Below are positions 13,492 through 26,912 of a DNA stretch of 64,000 nucleotides, one piece after another. Every line of letters starts with the position of its first letter. The stretch's first letter is position 1. The stretch lies in assembly GCA_965285935.1 (NCBI GenBank), contig OZ260665.1:48980001-49044000 (forward strand), written 5' to 3'. The stretch is from Ophelia neglecta (lineage: Eukaryota). The notes below the pieces were generated by a model. It had not been told where the DNA came from and did not search any database. It worked only from the letters and a program-made list of their open reading frames with translations. The position numbers and the translations under genes are program-made.

Positions 13492-14130
13492 TATAACCGT
13501 GTTGATTTAAGTTAATTGTTGTTGGCCAACCTTATGGGAAGATTATATCTAGTATTTAGTTTAGTTATTGCTATGTGCCAGGAGTCTGTGAAGACAATGG
13601 GTTATCTGCTTTAATCGTGATCTGCCATCATCAGTGGCATATCTGGCATGTTGGCACTGGATAAGCTGGGATTGTAATTATTATATCTTCTCTTTTATCA
13701 TTATTATTATTATCGTTTGTATGTAACAGCTATGGTGGCAATGCAACCAGACTGGCTCCGATTAGGTAGATGTCAATTGCTGTCTGTATTTATATTAATT
13801 GCCATTGCTTGTAATAATTGTTTAGTGTGACACCTGGCAGTGCCCTATATAAACTGTGGTTAGATACTAGTGCGGTAGACTGGATTTCACCTCTGCAGGA
13901 CACACATCTCTGGATCCCAGAGACAGGACCGGCCACTAGCCAGGACCTCCAGCCTTTAGCTCGGATTGCACCTGCACTGGACTGCCAGCTCTGTCTGTGA
14001 CTCGTTTTCTATGCTTAATATCCAGTATTGTATATAAGCTACATCCCCAATAAAGTAAGTGATCAGTAGGAAGCCTCGAGTTGTTGTTATAACCTGGAAT
14101 TGGAGCGGGACGCAAGGGACCCCGGTCATA
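13492..14130 (+). repeat. 3' LTR (639 bp)
   Basis: Copy of the 5' LTR at an offset of 2025 bp; AATAAA at 14049-14054. Confidence 0.96.
14049..14054 (+). terminator. Polyadenylation signal of the 3' LTR
   Basis: AATAAA followed about 25 nt later by GT-rich gttgttgtt. Confidence 0.7.
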
Positions 14131-17100
14131 CAAGCATTGAACTTCTTACTGGTGCCTTCCCTTTTCATATGACTACCTAACCCTTTTAAATTTATACACA
14201 ATTTTCCCACTCCAACATTTTGAGTTTTAAATAAAACAAATTGTCATCATCAAATTCTATTAATATGACATTTTCATGGCAACTGGCTAAGTTTGGCTCA
14301 TTTTATCCACAGGAATCAGGATAAGGAAAACATACCATCTATGGACATGTACATCATCAGAAATATTAACAATCTTAGTATCAGATTTCTGACTCTCTGT
14401 TATGATATGTTACATATGTATGGTACACTACTTCACTTAGCATGTTTTTTAAGTGCACTTTCAGTCTCAAGAATTTACATGATTGACATTCTACAGGATT
14501 ACGTTTCTCTAAATATCCATTGGTTTATTGTGTTTGGCCTTGATAAAAATTTACCTGGAAGCAAAGATCTCTACAGGTTCTCCAATAATTATCATGCAAT
14601 ACCAATGTTTATAGGACATGTTAAATATAAAGTGCAAAGTGATCTACTTTGTGATTATTCGAAAGTATCATATTTTGATAAAACTACATTACATTATCCA
14701 AATAGACTCATTTCATTATGCAGGAGACCTACGGGCTCCATGGTATAAAAAACAGATTAAATTTGAAATATGTATGTTAGAAACACAGAGCCAACATTGC
14801 TTGGGGCAAAACTTGTAGTCACACATAAAACACTACACAAGTTCCACTTATGTTCAAATCAGCTATTTTTGTTTTGGTATTTATTTTTATAACCTAGATA
14901 CAAAGCCATACACATAGATATTCCTTTTACATAAGAAAGTAATCAATTTGAACCAACATAATATATGGTAAGGACCCACTTAATAGATGGTAACAAAGCT
15001 CCAACTCTCAAGGAGATCATGATACTTCCTAATTACAACTTCTTTCTTATCTTGATCCCACTTTCATTCCTTAATTACTCCAATGAACTTCCTTGGATAA
15101 TTCCAATATAAAACCAAGTTCTGGTCCATCAATCCCTTGCCGTCAGTCTGCCTTGTTTTAGGTCCCTCTTTTGCTTTTGTAGCTGTGGTGTAGCCTAATT
15201 CCCAAACTGGTTAAGCCTATCTATACTCCCCCCCCCCTCCTATTAAAATGCTCTCATCCTGTTTTGGTAAACAAGTGTGCCACATCATCTAAACAAAGTG
15301 GCACAATGTAAGAAATGCAGGTGTTGGGGTAGCTCCAACAGGATCATAGTTGGAGCTTAGCCAGAAGTAAAACTTACAGATATCACAAAAAACACTGGAA
15401 ATATGGCTGCTATATAGACATAGACAGAAGGTGTATTACATGAATATTGCTTAGCTTTGTGAGGTAGCTAGCCAGCTTAAAATTAGCTAGCAATAAAAAA
15501 TGAATCCTGAATCCTCTATAAGCATTGTTAGGTTTCTTACCTGAAGCTAGTCTATTGTAACTGTGTGTGACTAGCTTGGTTGTTTGTGCTATGATATTAC
15601 ACACAAAGGGAGTTTATAAGATTATTTACCAACAGCAGTTAATTACTTTAAAAAGTGTGTTAGAAAATATACTGACACTGTTACTTTGTTGCAGAAGCCA
15701 GGGAACACGGTGTGTATGTTGAAATATATTTTAATTTTCATCATCCTATTTTACACTACCCCAGACTCTTAACAAAACACTTTTTTATGGGCGGACAGAC
15801 AGAACAGCCTGTCATTTTAAAACTGAACTTCACAGGAATAGATGTGTCATTTTGACTTAACTAAGTACCTAGGACAATTGATTTTACATCACATGGGATC
15901 AGTTCTATTCAAGACAATCAGCATGTCAGTAATTATCCAATACAAACAGCAACCACCCCCAGAGAAAAAGCACTTGTAAAACTATGCCTCCTGATGGTTT
16001 TCTGATATCTCCTTACACCAGGAGCAATCCATCTCACTCTAGTTTCTATAGTGAACAGTTTCTTGCTGGGTGAAAAAGGAGAGGAGACTATAGAATAAAG
16101 CTGGCTAGGGAGAGAAAATGTTTTAGCAACATAGAAAAATATCGCCCTCAGGCTTCTAGACAGAATGGCTAGGAACATTATGACACCATTTTGATGTGAT
16201 GGTTTCTAGTGATATTTCACTCCCCTAGCAGCTGTTATCTTTCACTAGGTAATCCTCCTTCATTGCATCTTCACTGCACTGGGTAAGGCTAGGTGGAAGA
16301 CAGCCAAGAAACAATATTTCCTTAGTGTGTGATTGATTGGAAGTTTTTTTATACACACAACAATCATGGCCAAAGCATTAGCCAGTGATTTATGTGCTGC
16401 ATATGTATTAGCCTACACCCAAAATACAATTATCTCACATAATAAAACAGAATGGGATCAAAACATGCCAAGCGCAAGGCTTTAAAGTAAAGTTAAGATT
16501 GCCCATCAACCAGCCCAATATGAAAATGGATGGTTTTCCCACCCTTCAGATTAATGATAAAGAAGCCATATAAAATTGCAAAAGCTTGTTACATTTTGTT
16601 CATAAGCTCAGATGTATCAGCCTAATAGAGGAAGTCTAATCTCCTCCCTCAGACTGTATACTTTCAAGCTTAGATAAGAAGCTTGAAGATGACTCAGGAG
16701 GGATACTGATGGAGAGGGATGATTCTTTTATTGGGACACCCACTGGGAAATGCTATCAGACATCTTGCCATACTGCACATTACTGTCCATCACCTAACAT
16801 CATCCCCTCTGCACTGAAACTCAACAGTGAGCACAAATGTGGAATCTGTAGCATGCTCAAAGGTATTACTCAGGTACACATGCTATTCACCAGTTTACAC
16901 ATAGGGCACATCAGGTCTCCACATGAATAAACACACAGTACCCTTGACTCCATTAGAAAAAGTGAATAGCACCTCAAGCTCAGAATGAAAAAAAGTGAAG
17001 TTTTGCATGTTTTATTGGGACAGAACATTGTTAAATATTCACATATGTAATTGTAAAATATCACTTCTTAGTGATAAATAGATTCTGCTGGTTGAGATAT

Positions 17101-19155
17101 TTTCAATATGTTTCAACATTATATGAAAGATTTGTTTGCGAATTTTGGGGGTTTAACGACACATAAGCACCATGTGAATTTATATGAAAGAAGATACTTA
17201 AGTAAAATAATGTATGTTTAAGATGGAAAAGTTTGTAGACTGTCAACAACACAGCAAAAAAAAAAAGAAGAAAAACATGAAAAACGGAGCTCTTCTCATG
17301 GCAATTACAGTCTGAGTAGTCCTTATAAATGAATTGAAGACTTTCCAATGAAGCTATATTTCTGTTGCAGGCTTAGTTTCTACTCTTAAACAGAAACTAA
17401 AGATTGGCTATCTCAGGCAATTTTCAACAAATTCCAATGACACAAGTTCAAGGCAACCAAAGATAGAGCCCAGATTTTGACCAGACTATTTATCCAAGAA
17501 ATGTCAGTTTGATAACCCATCATACTGCCAGGTGAGAAGTGTTAGGGGCCGAGTAAGACTACGACAGGTGTTCTCTTCTTATGTCTAAATTAATGTATTG
17601 GCGAGATAGAGATAATATAACTTGCTCAAACATGTTCATACATTCCATCTCTTATTGAGTATTGTTTAATTTTCATGACAAACAAATGTGAAGCTTGGTA
17701 TTTTATAACTTAATTTGTATTAATGCTGAGTGTGAACAGTGAATGACTCAGATGATTGAGGTCATTGTTTTACACAAATAAGAGATTTTGTTAATATAAC
17801 TGAAGTGATACAAGTGAAGCATCTAAAAAAAAACACATAATTGGGACATCTTATGTTAATGCATTTTATTACTAAGGACTGTTGAATTCCATGACTTAAT
17901 AAACTTATGTTGCTCTTTGAACCCCTATACAATGCAGATCAGTCTGTTGTCTAGCCCTGAACACAGTTTCAAGCTTTGCTGTACCGAAATACTTTGATCT
18001 AATCTGAGATAAAATGTATAGTGCAAAAGTTTTTTTCTTGTGTACACATATTTATGAGAGGGAAAAACATGGAAGGTATTTAAAATCTGAATACAGAACT
18101 GTATAAGCAGAGTAAATTAACATTATCAGAAAGTCTGTATCATAAATTTAATAGCAAATTACCTGTTATTACACAAGGAGAACAAGTTGATTGGAGTAAC
18201 CGAAATCATCAATCAAACTCCTACATAACACAGGGAAATTGTAGAGCAGGTTCCATTCAAAGATAAATTGTTTTGATTATCAGTAAAAATACTTTGAACA
18301 TTCCGAACTGAATCATTCCAATGGAGGAAAGCCATTCTCAAAGAATCTGGTTGGACTGGTTTATACATTGGATAACATAACTTGGCTTACTAACACAAAA
18401 AGGAATAGCTTCAATCATGTATGTTTTGCTACAGGCTTACCGGTATTGTTCTACCTGTCAACAGCACAATGCTGGTTGAAACATTCAGCAAACAAATCTC
18501 ATATGAGTCTCCAGTACATATCATCTAGTCAGTCTCCCTAAACAGCAGGCTGGATATCTCAGAATCAGGTGTAATTGCTCCCGGACTGATGTGGATATCA
18601 TTGAACCAGGCTAGAGGAGTTCCATGTACACGCCATAGGCAGAACAAAGATGGAAGATCAAAATATTTACACTTCTTGGACTTCCACCCCAGGTCATATG
18701 AGAACCAGAGGTGATGATCCGTAAACTGACCAGCAGATTTCCATGTGGATCTCCTACCTGGATATCACATAGCCCGGGATGATAACCTACCTAGACAGTA
18801 CACACCAATCAGCTGAAAACACAATCAAGGAGCCTATAAAAGACAGGTTAACCTGTATAATACTTCTCCCCCCCCCCCCCCTCCACTATACAGTTCCATT
18901 GCCATGGCAAATAAATATGTCCAGAGTTTTTTGCTAATAACACCACCAGTCTGTTTGTTCTGCTGGAGAGCATTCTCCCTTACCAAGACACCTATGGAAT
19001 TATCATCAGAGGGAAGCTAGAACTGGTTGCACATCATCATATGCAACCAAATTAGCCTCACAAACTAAACCATTAATGTCCAGTTAGCTTGGAAAGCTAT
19101 GCAAATTGATGGCGCGACTGACAAGAGCAAGTGGCTCTTTCAACTCTTACAACTG

Positions 19156-19880
19156 AAAATTTGATAAGATGCATAAAATGTGGTTATACTTATAGATTCT
19201 CAATGTAGTTCTAGGCTCTAGATCTTACAGGTTATTTGTTTGTCATTGATAATCTGCGTGCTAACTACTTCCATGCACGAATGCAAGAAACACAACGCTA
19301 GCCACACACAATCAGGCTTCACATTTATAGCTAGGAGAATGAAAATGAGCAGTATACTAATTTATAAATGTAAGAACTCAATGTTATATATACCTACAAT
19401 AGGTTGAAAAGGCAATTTAATACATATAGCTGATTTATTCCTGATGAGACACATTAGTACCCGATGCCATTATAAGCAGTTAAAAGGCCTAGCTAGGAAT
19501 GGGAAATTGGGAGGATCTGACGAGCGAGTTTAAAAGCAAAGGGGAGTGGAGAGGCCTAATTGTAAATTTTTCCCAGTTTTAAGTGCTCCTGTTTTCTGTT
19601 TCATACATTAGAAAGTCTATGTTCTGAGTATGGCTTAAATGTCAATCTAGGTTCTAGATCTTAAATTAAAGGCACAAATCATGATTTTGGTGATTTGACC
19701 TTGAAGGTGGACACAAAAGTCAATATTGAGAAATTGATAAGATGGACAAGATATGCCTTCTTATAGTCTTCAGTGTTGACCTATCATGTAGATCTCAATT
19801 CAAAGGCAATGATCATGATATAAGTGATTTGATCATAAAATGCATATCAAGCTGAACTATGATAACTTGATAAGATGAGT
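19156..19880. repeat. Degenerate copies of a unit of roughly 130 bp from an old repeat
   Basis: The motif ttgataagatg recurs at about 19161, 19734 and 19867, and tagatct(t/c)a recurs at about 19219, 19655 and 19789. Confidence 0.5.
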
Positions 19881-21506
19881 AAAAAAACAATCCAAACCAG
19901 ATTTTGGCATTTTCTACCGACCCAAAACTGAGAACAGAAAAACAATGCTAGGGTCTCCTGTTTAAGGTGGTAAACAGTTTCAAAGCTCCTGGTGGCCATA
20001 TTGTTTCAGAGGGCTGACCAAAAACATAATTTCTAAGTGTTATACCTTCTTTTTTAAAGCTACGCTATCTGTACGAAATTGGTGACAGGCTAGAACCTGC
20101 TCTTTCACAGTACTCAAGTCCAACCAGACACACAGGCACATATACTATAACCAGGCTCACCCCAGACATACAAGCTTCTAGAATACAGAAAACGGCATTA
20201 TATTAAAAATAATGCAGATAAAGCCCCGCAATATGGACCAGCTTACTAATATTTGATGCAGATGTAGCCCCTAGGCAGGTTTTGCATCCTGTGGTAGAGA
20301 TTTACAACTAGCAAAACTACTGGTGTCATTGGCAGAAGGAACACCAGACAAAAATATGAACAAAAATTTGTACTCTAGCATTGACTGACAGACCAATAGA
20401 GTAGTGTAGCCATGTTACTACATGTATCTTATAGTATAATGGAGACCTCATGAAGAAGACTGTCTGTAAAAAGGTTCCAGCTATATGCTTCAACTAACAT
20501 TTATTGCTCATACCCCATTGAACAACAGATGTATAGCCTGAGAGAAAATCGTGTAAAAAGCAATTAAATTTTGTCCAAGTTCCAGTCAATGCTCTCTTAC
20601 TTTGCACTCCTATTGCACAAGAGATTTCAAGATCAACTGGCATTAATTTAACTATTGGGGTGAGGCCAGCTGTCAACAAGTTGGCAAAGTTAATGGTTTC
20701 CAGACATCACTGAGTGCTAATTGTTTTGAGGTTGAGTTATCTTGGAGAAAAAACTATGGTTTTATAATATAACAACACTACTCTGGAATAAAACCTCAGT
20801 AAAACCCATTTGTGTAAAGTGCCACTCCCAATGCAAATTCTTACATGTTTCTTTTAACCACAGTCTTCATTCCATTCGTGATTATCTATGAAGGTTTTAC
20901 TTGGCCAAAGTAAAATCTCCTGAGCTGATCTCAAGTAACTGATAACCCCACACACTTTTAAAAGATAACAACATTCCTTAATTTACAGTGAATGAAAACA
21001 AGTCCCCTTCAAGCTGTCAACCTTATGGCAGTACAGGCACTGCCAATTTAAGTTTTTCATCTACTCTCTACCCATTTGCTGCAAGTCCACCACCATAAAC
21101 GGGTAAAGGCACCTGCCACTACTAAAGCTTGCTTAACATTAAACCTGGGCTATATACATGTATATGCAAAACTCTCAAATTTGCAAGAAAAAGCCAAGTA
21201 TAAATGTCTGTACATGTCACCCAGGGCACAAGAGTGAGTTCAACACATTTCTTACTTATTGTAAAAAAGTATGCATAGTGTAAAATTGAAATAATAGTAG
21301 ACATCCTGTGAAAGTTATCTTGAAATTGGACTTCCTTATTTTCACTGTAAATGGGTCTGCCTGTTGTAGTTTTCTTTAAGCTCATGGACTTTGTTATATC
21401 TTTCTTATGTTTCCTTTTCTTCTGCCAAGAAAAACTTGGACCTACTCTACTGGTATATAATAGAATTCCCATATTGTTGGGTAAAGAGAGCAACTATAAT
21501 ACTTAC

Positions 21507-21641
21507 ATAGTTGTTTTTGAGATCAGTATGAGTATGTTCGATGCCATCGTCCAGTATGGTAATGACCACTCCTCGCCCTGTGTAGCCTCTCTCCCATGCT
21601 TTTATCACATTCATGTCAAAACCTCCCTCAGCTCCACCATG
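21507..21641 (-). CDS. Furin-2/PCSK5-like convertase, coding exon 4 (start of S8 catalytic domain, catalytic Asp)
   Basis: Reads gatgtag|[45 protein letters not shown]|gtaagt (135 nt). DMNV..AW..GYTG.GVV..ILDDG is diagnostic, and the GGA-x-x-G-x-DMNV start resembles invertebrate furin-2. I did not find the next exon (D..AS.D...HGTRCAGE) in 1-21506, so the gene probably continues left of the window. Confidence 0.97.
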
Positions 21642-23249
21642 CTACATCAAAACAAGAAACATGATTAATTCAATAAAAAATTTGCAGTAACCAAGAGGAC
21701 CTTGCCGGCAGTTATGATTTCAATCTTGGTCATTTTTAGTTAAAAGGAAAATAAAAATTTCATTTCTTCATCCTTGTCAGTCATGTTCTTCAAACCAATA
21801 TCAGTTTTAGTTATTTAATTGTGTGTTTAAAATGATTTTCTGACTACTCTGGTTATTATGTAAATCTGTAATAAATGGCCTGCCATTGCCTTCCCTCAAG
21901 TCACCCTGCATTAGGACAGGGCTTTTAAACGATACCTCTGAGGATGACATACAGAGAAAATTATGAATATTAGAGGAGCTGTGCAGAGTGTATCTCAGCC
22001 ACCATATACATGTACATGTACAGTCATAGTCAGATTACCTAGAAGTGGAGCTAAGTCACCAGATAGTGACACATGACTGGTATCATAGGGCCACTCATGT
22101 CAGGCCACGCCAGCTTTATATCTTTGTTTCGTGCTATTTGGAGCTAACTTCACACGTTTGACTCTTTAGCCTTGTAGAGGCACCAAAGGACTGACACAAG
22201 TGGAGTTAAGTGGAACTTGTGAGCCTGAATTTTGCCAAATATCAGTCAACCAATATACTCTACACTCCCTTGAAATACAAATGGTATTTCTCAGAAAACA
22301 GGTACCGGTACTTAGAAGAGCTCTTGACTTACTAATGTTTTTTAAAGACATAATTTACTGTACATTTTTCAAGCCAAATATTTGAATATGGCAAAGTAAA
22401 GTAGAAATATAATATTATGCACTACCAATCAAATTCAAACTATTGTATTTATTGATTTATTATTATTTTTAATAACCTAGTTACCGGTATAGCAATTATC
22501 ATGTATGTCTGCAGCCATTTTGATAAACAAAACTTGTATGCTAGATGGACATGTTGTTTAAGTCAATAATACTTAATAATATGAATGTTGTATAATTTTT
22601 CATAATGTTGCCAAAGGACTAGAACACATATACATATTTGTCAAATACATTGGAATATCAGCAATCATTTCTTCATTCAGTCATAGATATAGATGTATGG
22701 ATTATACATATCTATGGATCTGGCTATAATCAGATAAAGTGCCAATTTCCAGCCCCATATGATTCTGGCCAGCAAAATGAGCTGTTGGTAGTTTGTATAG
22801 GTAACTCCTCTATTTTCCTGCCAAGGCCGCCTAGGTCTGAGATCTCTGTCTGTACCTCAATTGATTCCCATTAAACACAAACTGTTTTTTCATGTCATGA
22901 TCATGTGTTTTTCCTCTGATATTTGATTTGGCTCCATTTCATAGTATTATTGTTGCAATGCAATATTTTGTATGGCACATGCCTGGGTTAATGATGGGTA
23001 GTTGTGGTCGCTCCTTCCTAACCTGATCTTATGCTGCGCCAGAGACTGTTGCCTGGCATTAGGGCAGTGGTTAATAGCAAATAGGGTAATAAATACCATT
23101 GTTGCCCGGGTATTCTGCTCTCTATAGAATACCTCTTTCCCAGAAAATTTGTTTTGTCCTTATATTCATGCAAGCTTTCATAGCACATCACCCACTCTGG
23201 TGCTGAAATGATAAATGTCTTTAGGATGTATCAAGGTGATAATACTTAC

Positions 23250-23366
23250 CAGGTACCATGTCTTAGGCCACAGTGCATCTCTGAAGTGTGGCTGCCATCC
23301 CCCTTCAGGGACAACATAATCCCTTTTAACTCGCTTTTGGACAATCTGCTGCTCTACCCAGGACAC
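23250..23366 (-). CDS. Furin-2/PCSK5-like convertase, coding exon 3 (autocatalytic KRVKR|D site)
   Basis: Reads tttcag|VSWVEQQIVQKRVKRDYVVPEGGWQPHFRDALWPKTWYL|gtaagt (117 nt). Contains V-x-W-x-EQQ...R-x-K-R|D and F-x-D-x-x-W-x-x-x-WYL. It lies inside supplied ORF 23178..23402. Confidence 0.97.
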
Positions 23367-23870
23367 CTGAAAGGCACAAAACGGAGAACCATTAGAATGC
23401 AATGATAATAAAAAGGCTCAACAACACAACAACACAGCAGTATTGCACACATAATGTTAGCCCATTTGTGTTTGTGCACATAAGTGTTTCTTTCATCTGT
23501 AGAAAAAAAATTGCTGGAATGGAGATCATTGTGTTTAGACTACAGACAATAAGCCACAATATTATAAATATATTTTACAACCAACACCCTTTGTGAATTT
23601 TGCTCATTGTGAATTTAACAACTTAAAAGACAAGCAAGCATTCGTTGCCAAGATAATGAGCCCTGAGCAAGCTTCAAGAGGGATTCACTGACAAAAATAG
23701 AGGCTGATAGTAAATTGTGTTTGGTGGGGACATTCTTTTATTTGGATAAGCTGCACTCAAAGTTGTAATAATATAAGCATGGTCAAATAACCGAAACATT
23801 GGGACAACAGTTTATATCAGAGATAACATATCCCTACTGATCAGGTCTGACTTAATGGGATTTCTCTTAA

Positions 23871-24120
23871 ACTAAATTTGTGGGTGTTTTTATTGATGAG
23901 CGACTCAAATGGTGTGAATATAATTTAAGACTATTTAAAATTATTTATATACTTAATAAGACAGTCAAATCATTCAGTATCTACTGCCAGGATACATATC
24001 CCACAAAGGTATGTTTTCCCTTCCATCTTTGTGATGAATATTTATTTATAATAATTTGTGTGTCTGTATGTTTATCAAACATAGTGCAATAAATGAACTT
24101 GACTTGAAACTAGACTTGAA
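23871..24120 (+). mobile_element. Degenerate LINE (CR1/L2-group) 3' remnant
   Basis: TKFVGVFIDERLKW resembles the K-F/Y-LGV-x-ID-x-x-L-x-W motif C-terminal to LINE RT. About 200 bp later come AATAAA (24088) and a degenerate (AACTTG)n-like tail. Confidence 0.6.
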
Positions 24121-26797
24121 TAATTTCTGTGTCAAGGTTTATTGAGAATGGTAAAAGGTAGGAAATTTGACTGAAAATGATAAAAATGCCCTTTAATATT
24201 TATTCCTCAACAACAAGGTAATGTATTAATATATCAAGACGAAGGAACACTGGGGTGAGGTGCTGGTTTGGTACACAGTGTTATCATGTAGGATCTTCTT
24301 ATATTACAAAATACTGATATAGCGATGTAATGGAAATTTTGTCAATAACTGCCTGCTAGGCAGATATACAATTTTTTTTAGTAATATCTGTGGAAAAAGG
24401 AGCATATCTGCTCAACAATGCTCTTCACATCAAATCCATATCTAACCAAAGGCAGACAAGAGACATTGTAGGTAAATGTCTCTAAAGGAACCTCAATACG
24501 TTATTGCTGCAATAAAGCTAACAAGCCCCATGCTCCGTTTGTTACAAATTAGCTGGCATTCACCCTCTTTTTTAGTAGGACTATCCTTGATGTTGGCTAG
24601 TAAGGTTTTCTAAATGTCATGAATATAATTTAAAATCAGGGAGACCTTTGCTCATTATAGCACACCAACAGCTTGTAATAACTAAACCTTTTCCTTCCTA
24701 ATTAGGGGGAGAGGTGGGATCCTTGGGATCATCATTTGGGCAGCTGCCTTGATAGACAAACCAGGACCTGGGATTTTAAGCCTTGATATTCCAGGATTCG
24801 GGAATTAACATAATTTGTGCGATGTAATTGAGCAAGATACTTTTAATTACTACAGTCTGGAAATCAAACGATACTTTTAATTTCCTGCGACTATTCTCTG
24901 TTTTACCTTATTGAGGTATAGTAAAAACTATTTGGCCTACCCTATTTTATAAAAAGCCAGATATGAAAAAATTGCAAGAGCATGTTTTGTCCCAATTTTT
25001 CAGAAATTGACACTGCTGTTCTCTGAGTCTCTTACCACAATTATTGTTGCTTTGCCCTTTGTAATGTCATGCTACCGGAAAGTACCCTATTGGCCAATAG
25101 CTATGTCCATGGCTTAATGGTAAATTATTCAAATGGTATAGATCAGAAATCAGAGGTATATGATACCTTTAGGTTATCTGCCCAGTAGTCTATTTTTTAT
25201 TTATATTTTGGTTCTTTATATGACGAGTTTCTGTTTTAAGTGCATAATGCAGACATATGCATAATGTAGGAGCAATGAGACATGATAATGACACCCACAG
25301 CATTGTGGCTAACCTCTCTCCCTCAACTCACACAAGTTTAGGGGAAAATATGTGTATTTTTGCCCTCTGAGCGCAGTTGTGCTGTTACAGCAGATAACCT
25401 TGCAGCCCTATACTGAGTATGGTAATTGAAAGCAAAACTTGACTTGAGTTCCTAAAGTAACAAGATGCTTTATTCGAAACATAAGGGAAAGCCTGAACAG
25501 AAAGATCCTTTGGTAACTACAACGAACCCATAAAGGAGATATATATTGCCTTAATTTTTTACCAGAGGAGTAAAAGAGGCATGCATTGTATTAGCTGCAT
25601 ATTTGCAGCATTTGATGATATGACCTTCATTTCCTTATGAATCCTAATGAAGGTTGTAAAAAGAAAAATATATGCTAAACATACTTAATGTGCTTGATGT
25701 AGCTTGATTTTTCCTCAGTTGTATATTATACATATATGTATAAAATAACAATGGATCATATAAATCATCATGACATGATGTACAAACAGACCATAGATGA
25801 AATGTTATACTGATAAATGATAAAAGCACATGACAGGAATACTGACATTGTAATGAGGAAAGAGGCTCAGGAGCAAATTCATCAATTATGCACCAATCCC
25901 CAGAGTGATGTTACACCACCCATCTGACAATAGCCTGACAACCAATTTATAAAGTAACATGCACTGCAGACCACTAACACCAAATTTGTTGTCAAACTAC
26001 AGCGACTCACAGGGAAAAAAACAATACAGCAGGCAACCATTATGTGTTCAAATGAGTTAATTCAAAGAAAAGAGCAATATGGCCTGACATTGGATATAGT
26101 AGATAGCATTGTTCAGATTGTTCCCAAAAGGTTCTGAATCTGACAGAAAGCAAGGGGCCACCATCAGCTGAAGATATCCTACAAAATGTGGTACAGGTTA
26201 TTGAGGGAAAGCTTCAAGACCTAGACCTCCCAATGCCCCTCAAGTGACTAATTTGCCTTATTCTGGCTTTATTTTAAAATCCATGGTGCCAAAAACGAGC
26301 AAGGGTGCTGGTTAAGTTGACAAAATCTGTCTGGAGACTGCTTGTTCTAGATCTAGAATAGCATTTGGAGCTGTAGCCGTTATGAACCAACTTAACATCT
26401 CTAACATGACCAGGGACGGTTGAGCTGAGGTGTTATTAACACCGGGGTACAAGACATGCCATCAGTACCTATTAGTTTTGCTTTGTTGGTATTACTTTTG
26501 TTGGAAGAACCACTCAGCAGGCTGTGAAGCTCACCTTCATAATAATACTAGACACTTATTGTAATGCAGATGTACATGTAGTTTTGAAGGTTACATGGCA
26601 CTGATGATATCCTATATATCTCTGTAAATGAATAGGATATCAGTATCACTTAGTAGTAGACTTAGCGACGAACCCACCAAAGGTGTGTATTACTAAGAAG
26701 TAAAAAATGACTATGAATCATGCAAAGACAATGTTCAGTTTTGGTGACTACTTTGAGAGACAAAAATGGTAAACTGAGCTATAGGCATGTCTCTGGG

Positions 26798-26912
26798 TAG
26801 CCATCCAACAGTACAGTACTCCTACTCGCTAGTCACCATTAAAGCCCCCTAGTGCTGTGCTCTAGGGCGCTTTGTGCTGATCTACTAGAAGGGAGTAATA
26901 GTGTGCAGACTA
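26798..26912. repeat. Short palindromic (fold-back) element, about 115 bp
   Basis: Nested arms aaagccccctag/ctagggcgcttt, tactcc/ggagta and tag/cta at the ends. Confidence 0.5.

Larger units (their letters stand above)
11467..14130 (+). mobile_element. Non-autonomous LTR retroelement (2,664 bp) with a single cargo ORF, antisense in convertase intron 4
   Basis: Direct repeats at 11467-12105 and 13492-14130; TSD CAAG at 11463-11466 and 14131-14134; PBS after the 5' LTR; PPT before the 3' LTR; terminal inverted repeats TATAACCG/CGGTCATA. Confidence 0.95.

Noticed and set aside
11793-14000. Duplicated 60-aa ORFs (11793..11975, 13818..14000) and their antisense counterparts as genes
   Set aside because: They are incidental frames inside the two LTR copies, and the plus-strand pair start at TTG.
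18441-18812. Minus-strand exon-like block with good splice sites (candidate convertase exon 5)
   Set aside because: There are early stops in all three frames and no S8 motif; the donor overlaps a TACCGGTA palindrome. At most a cryptic exon.
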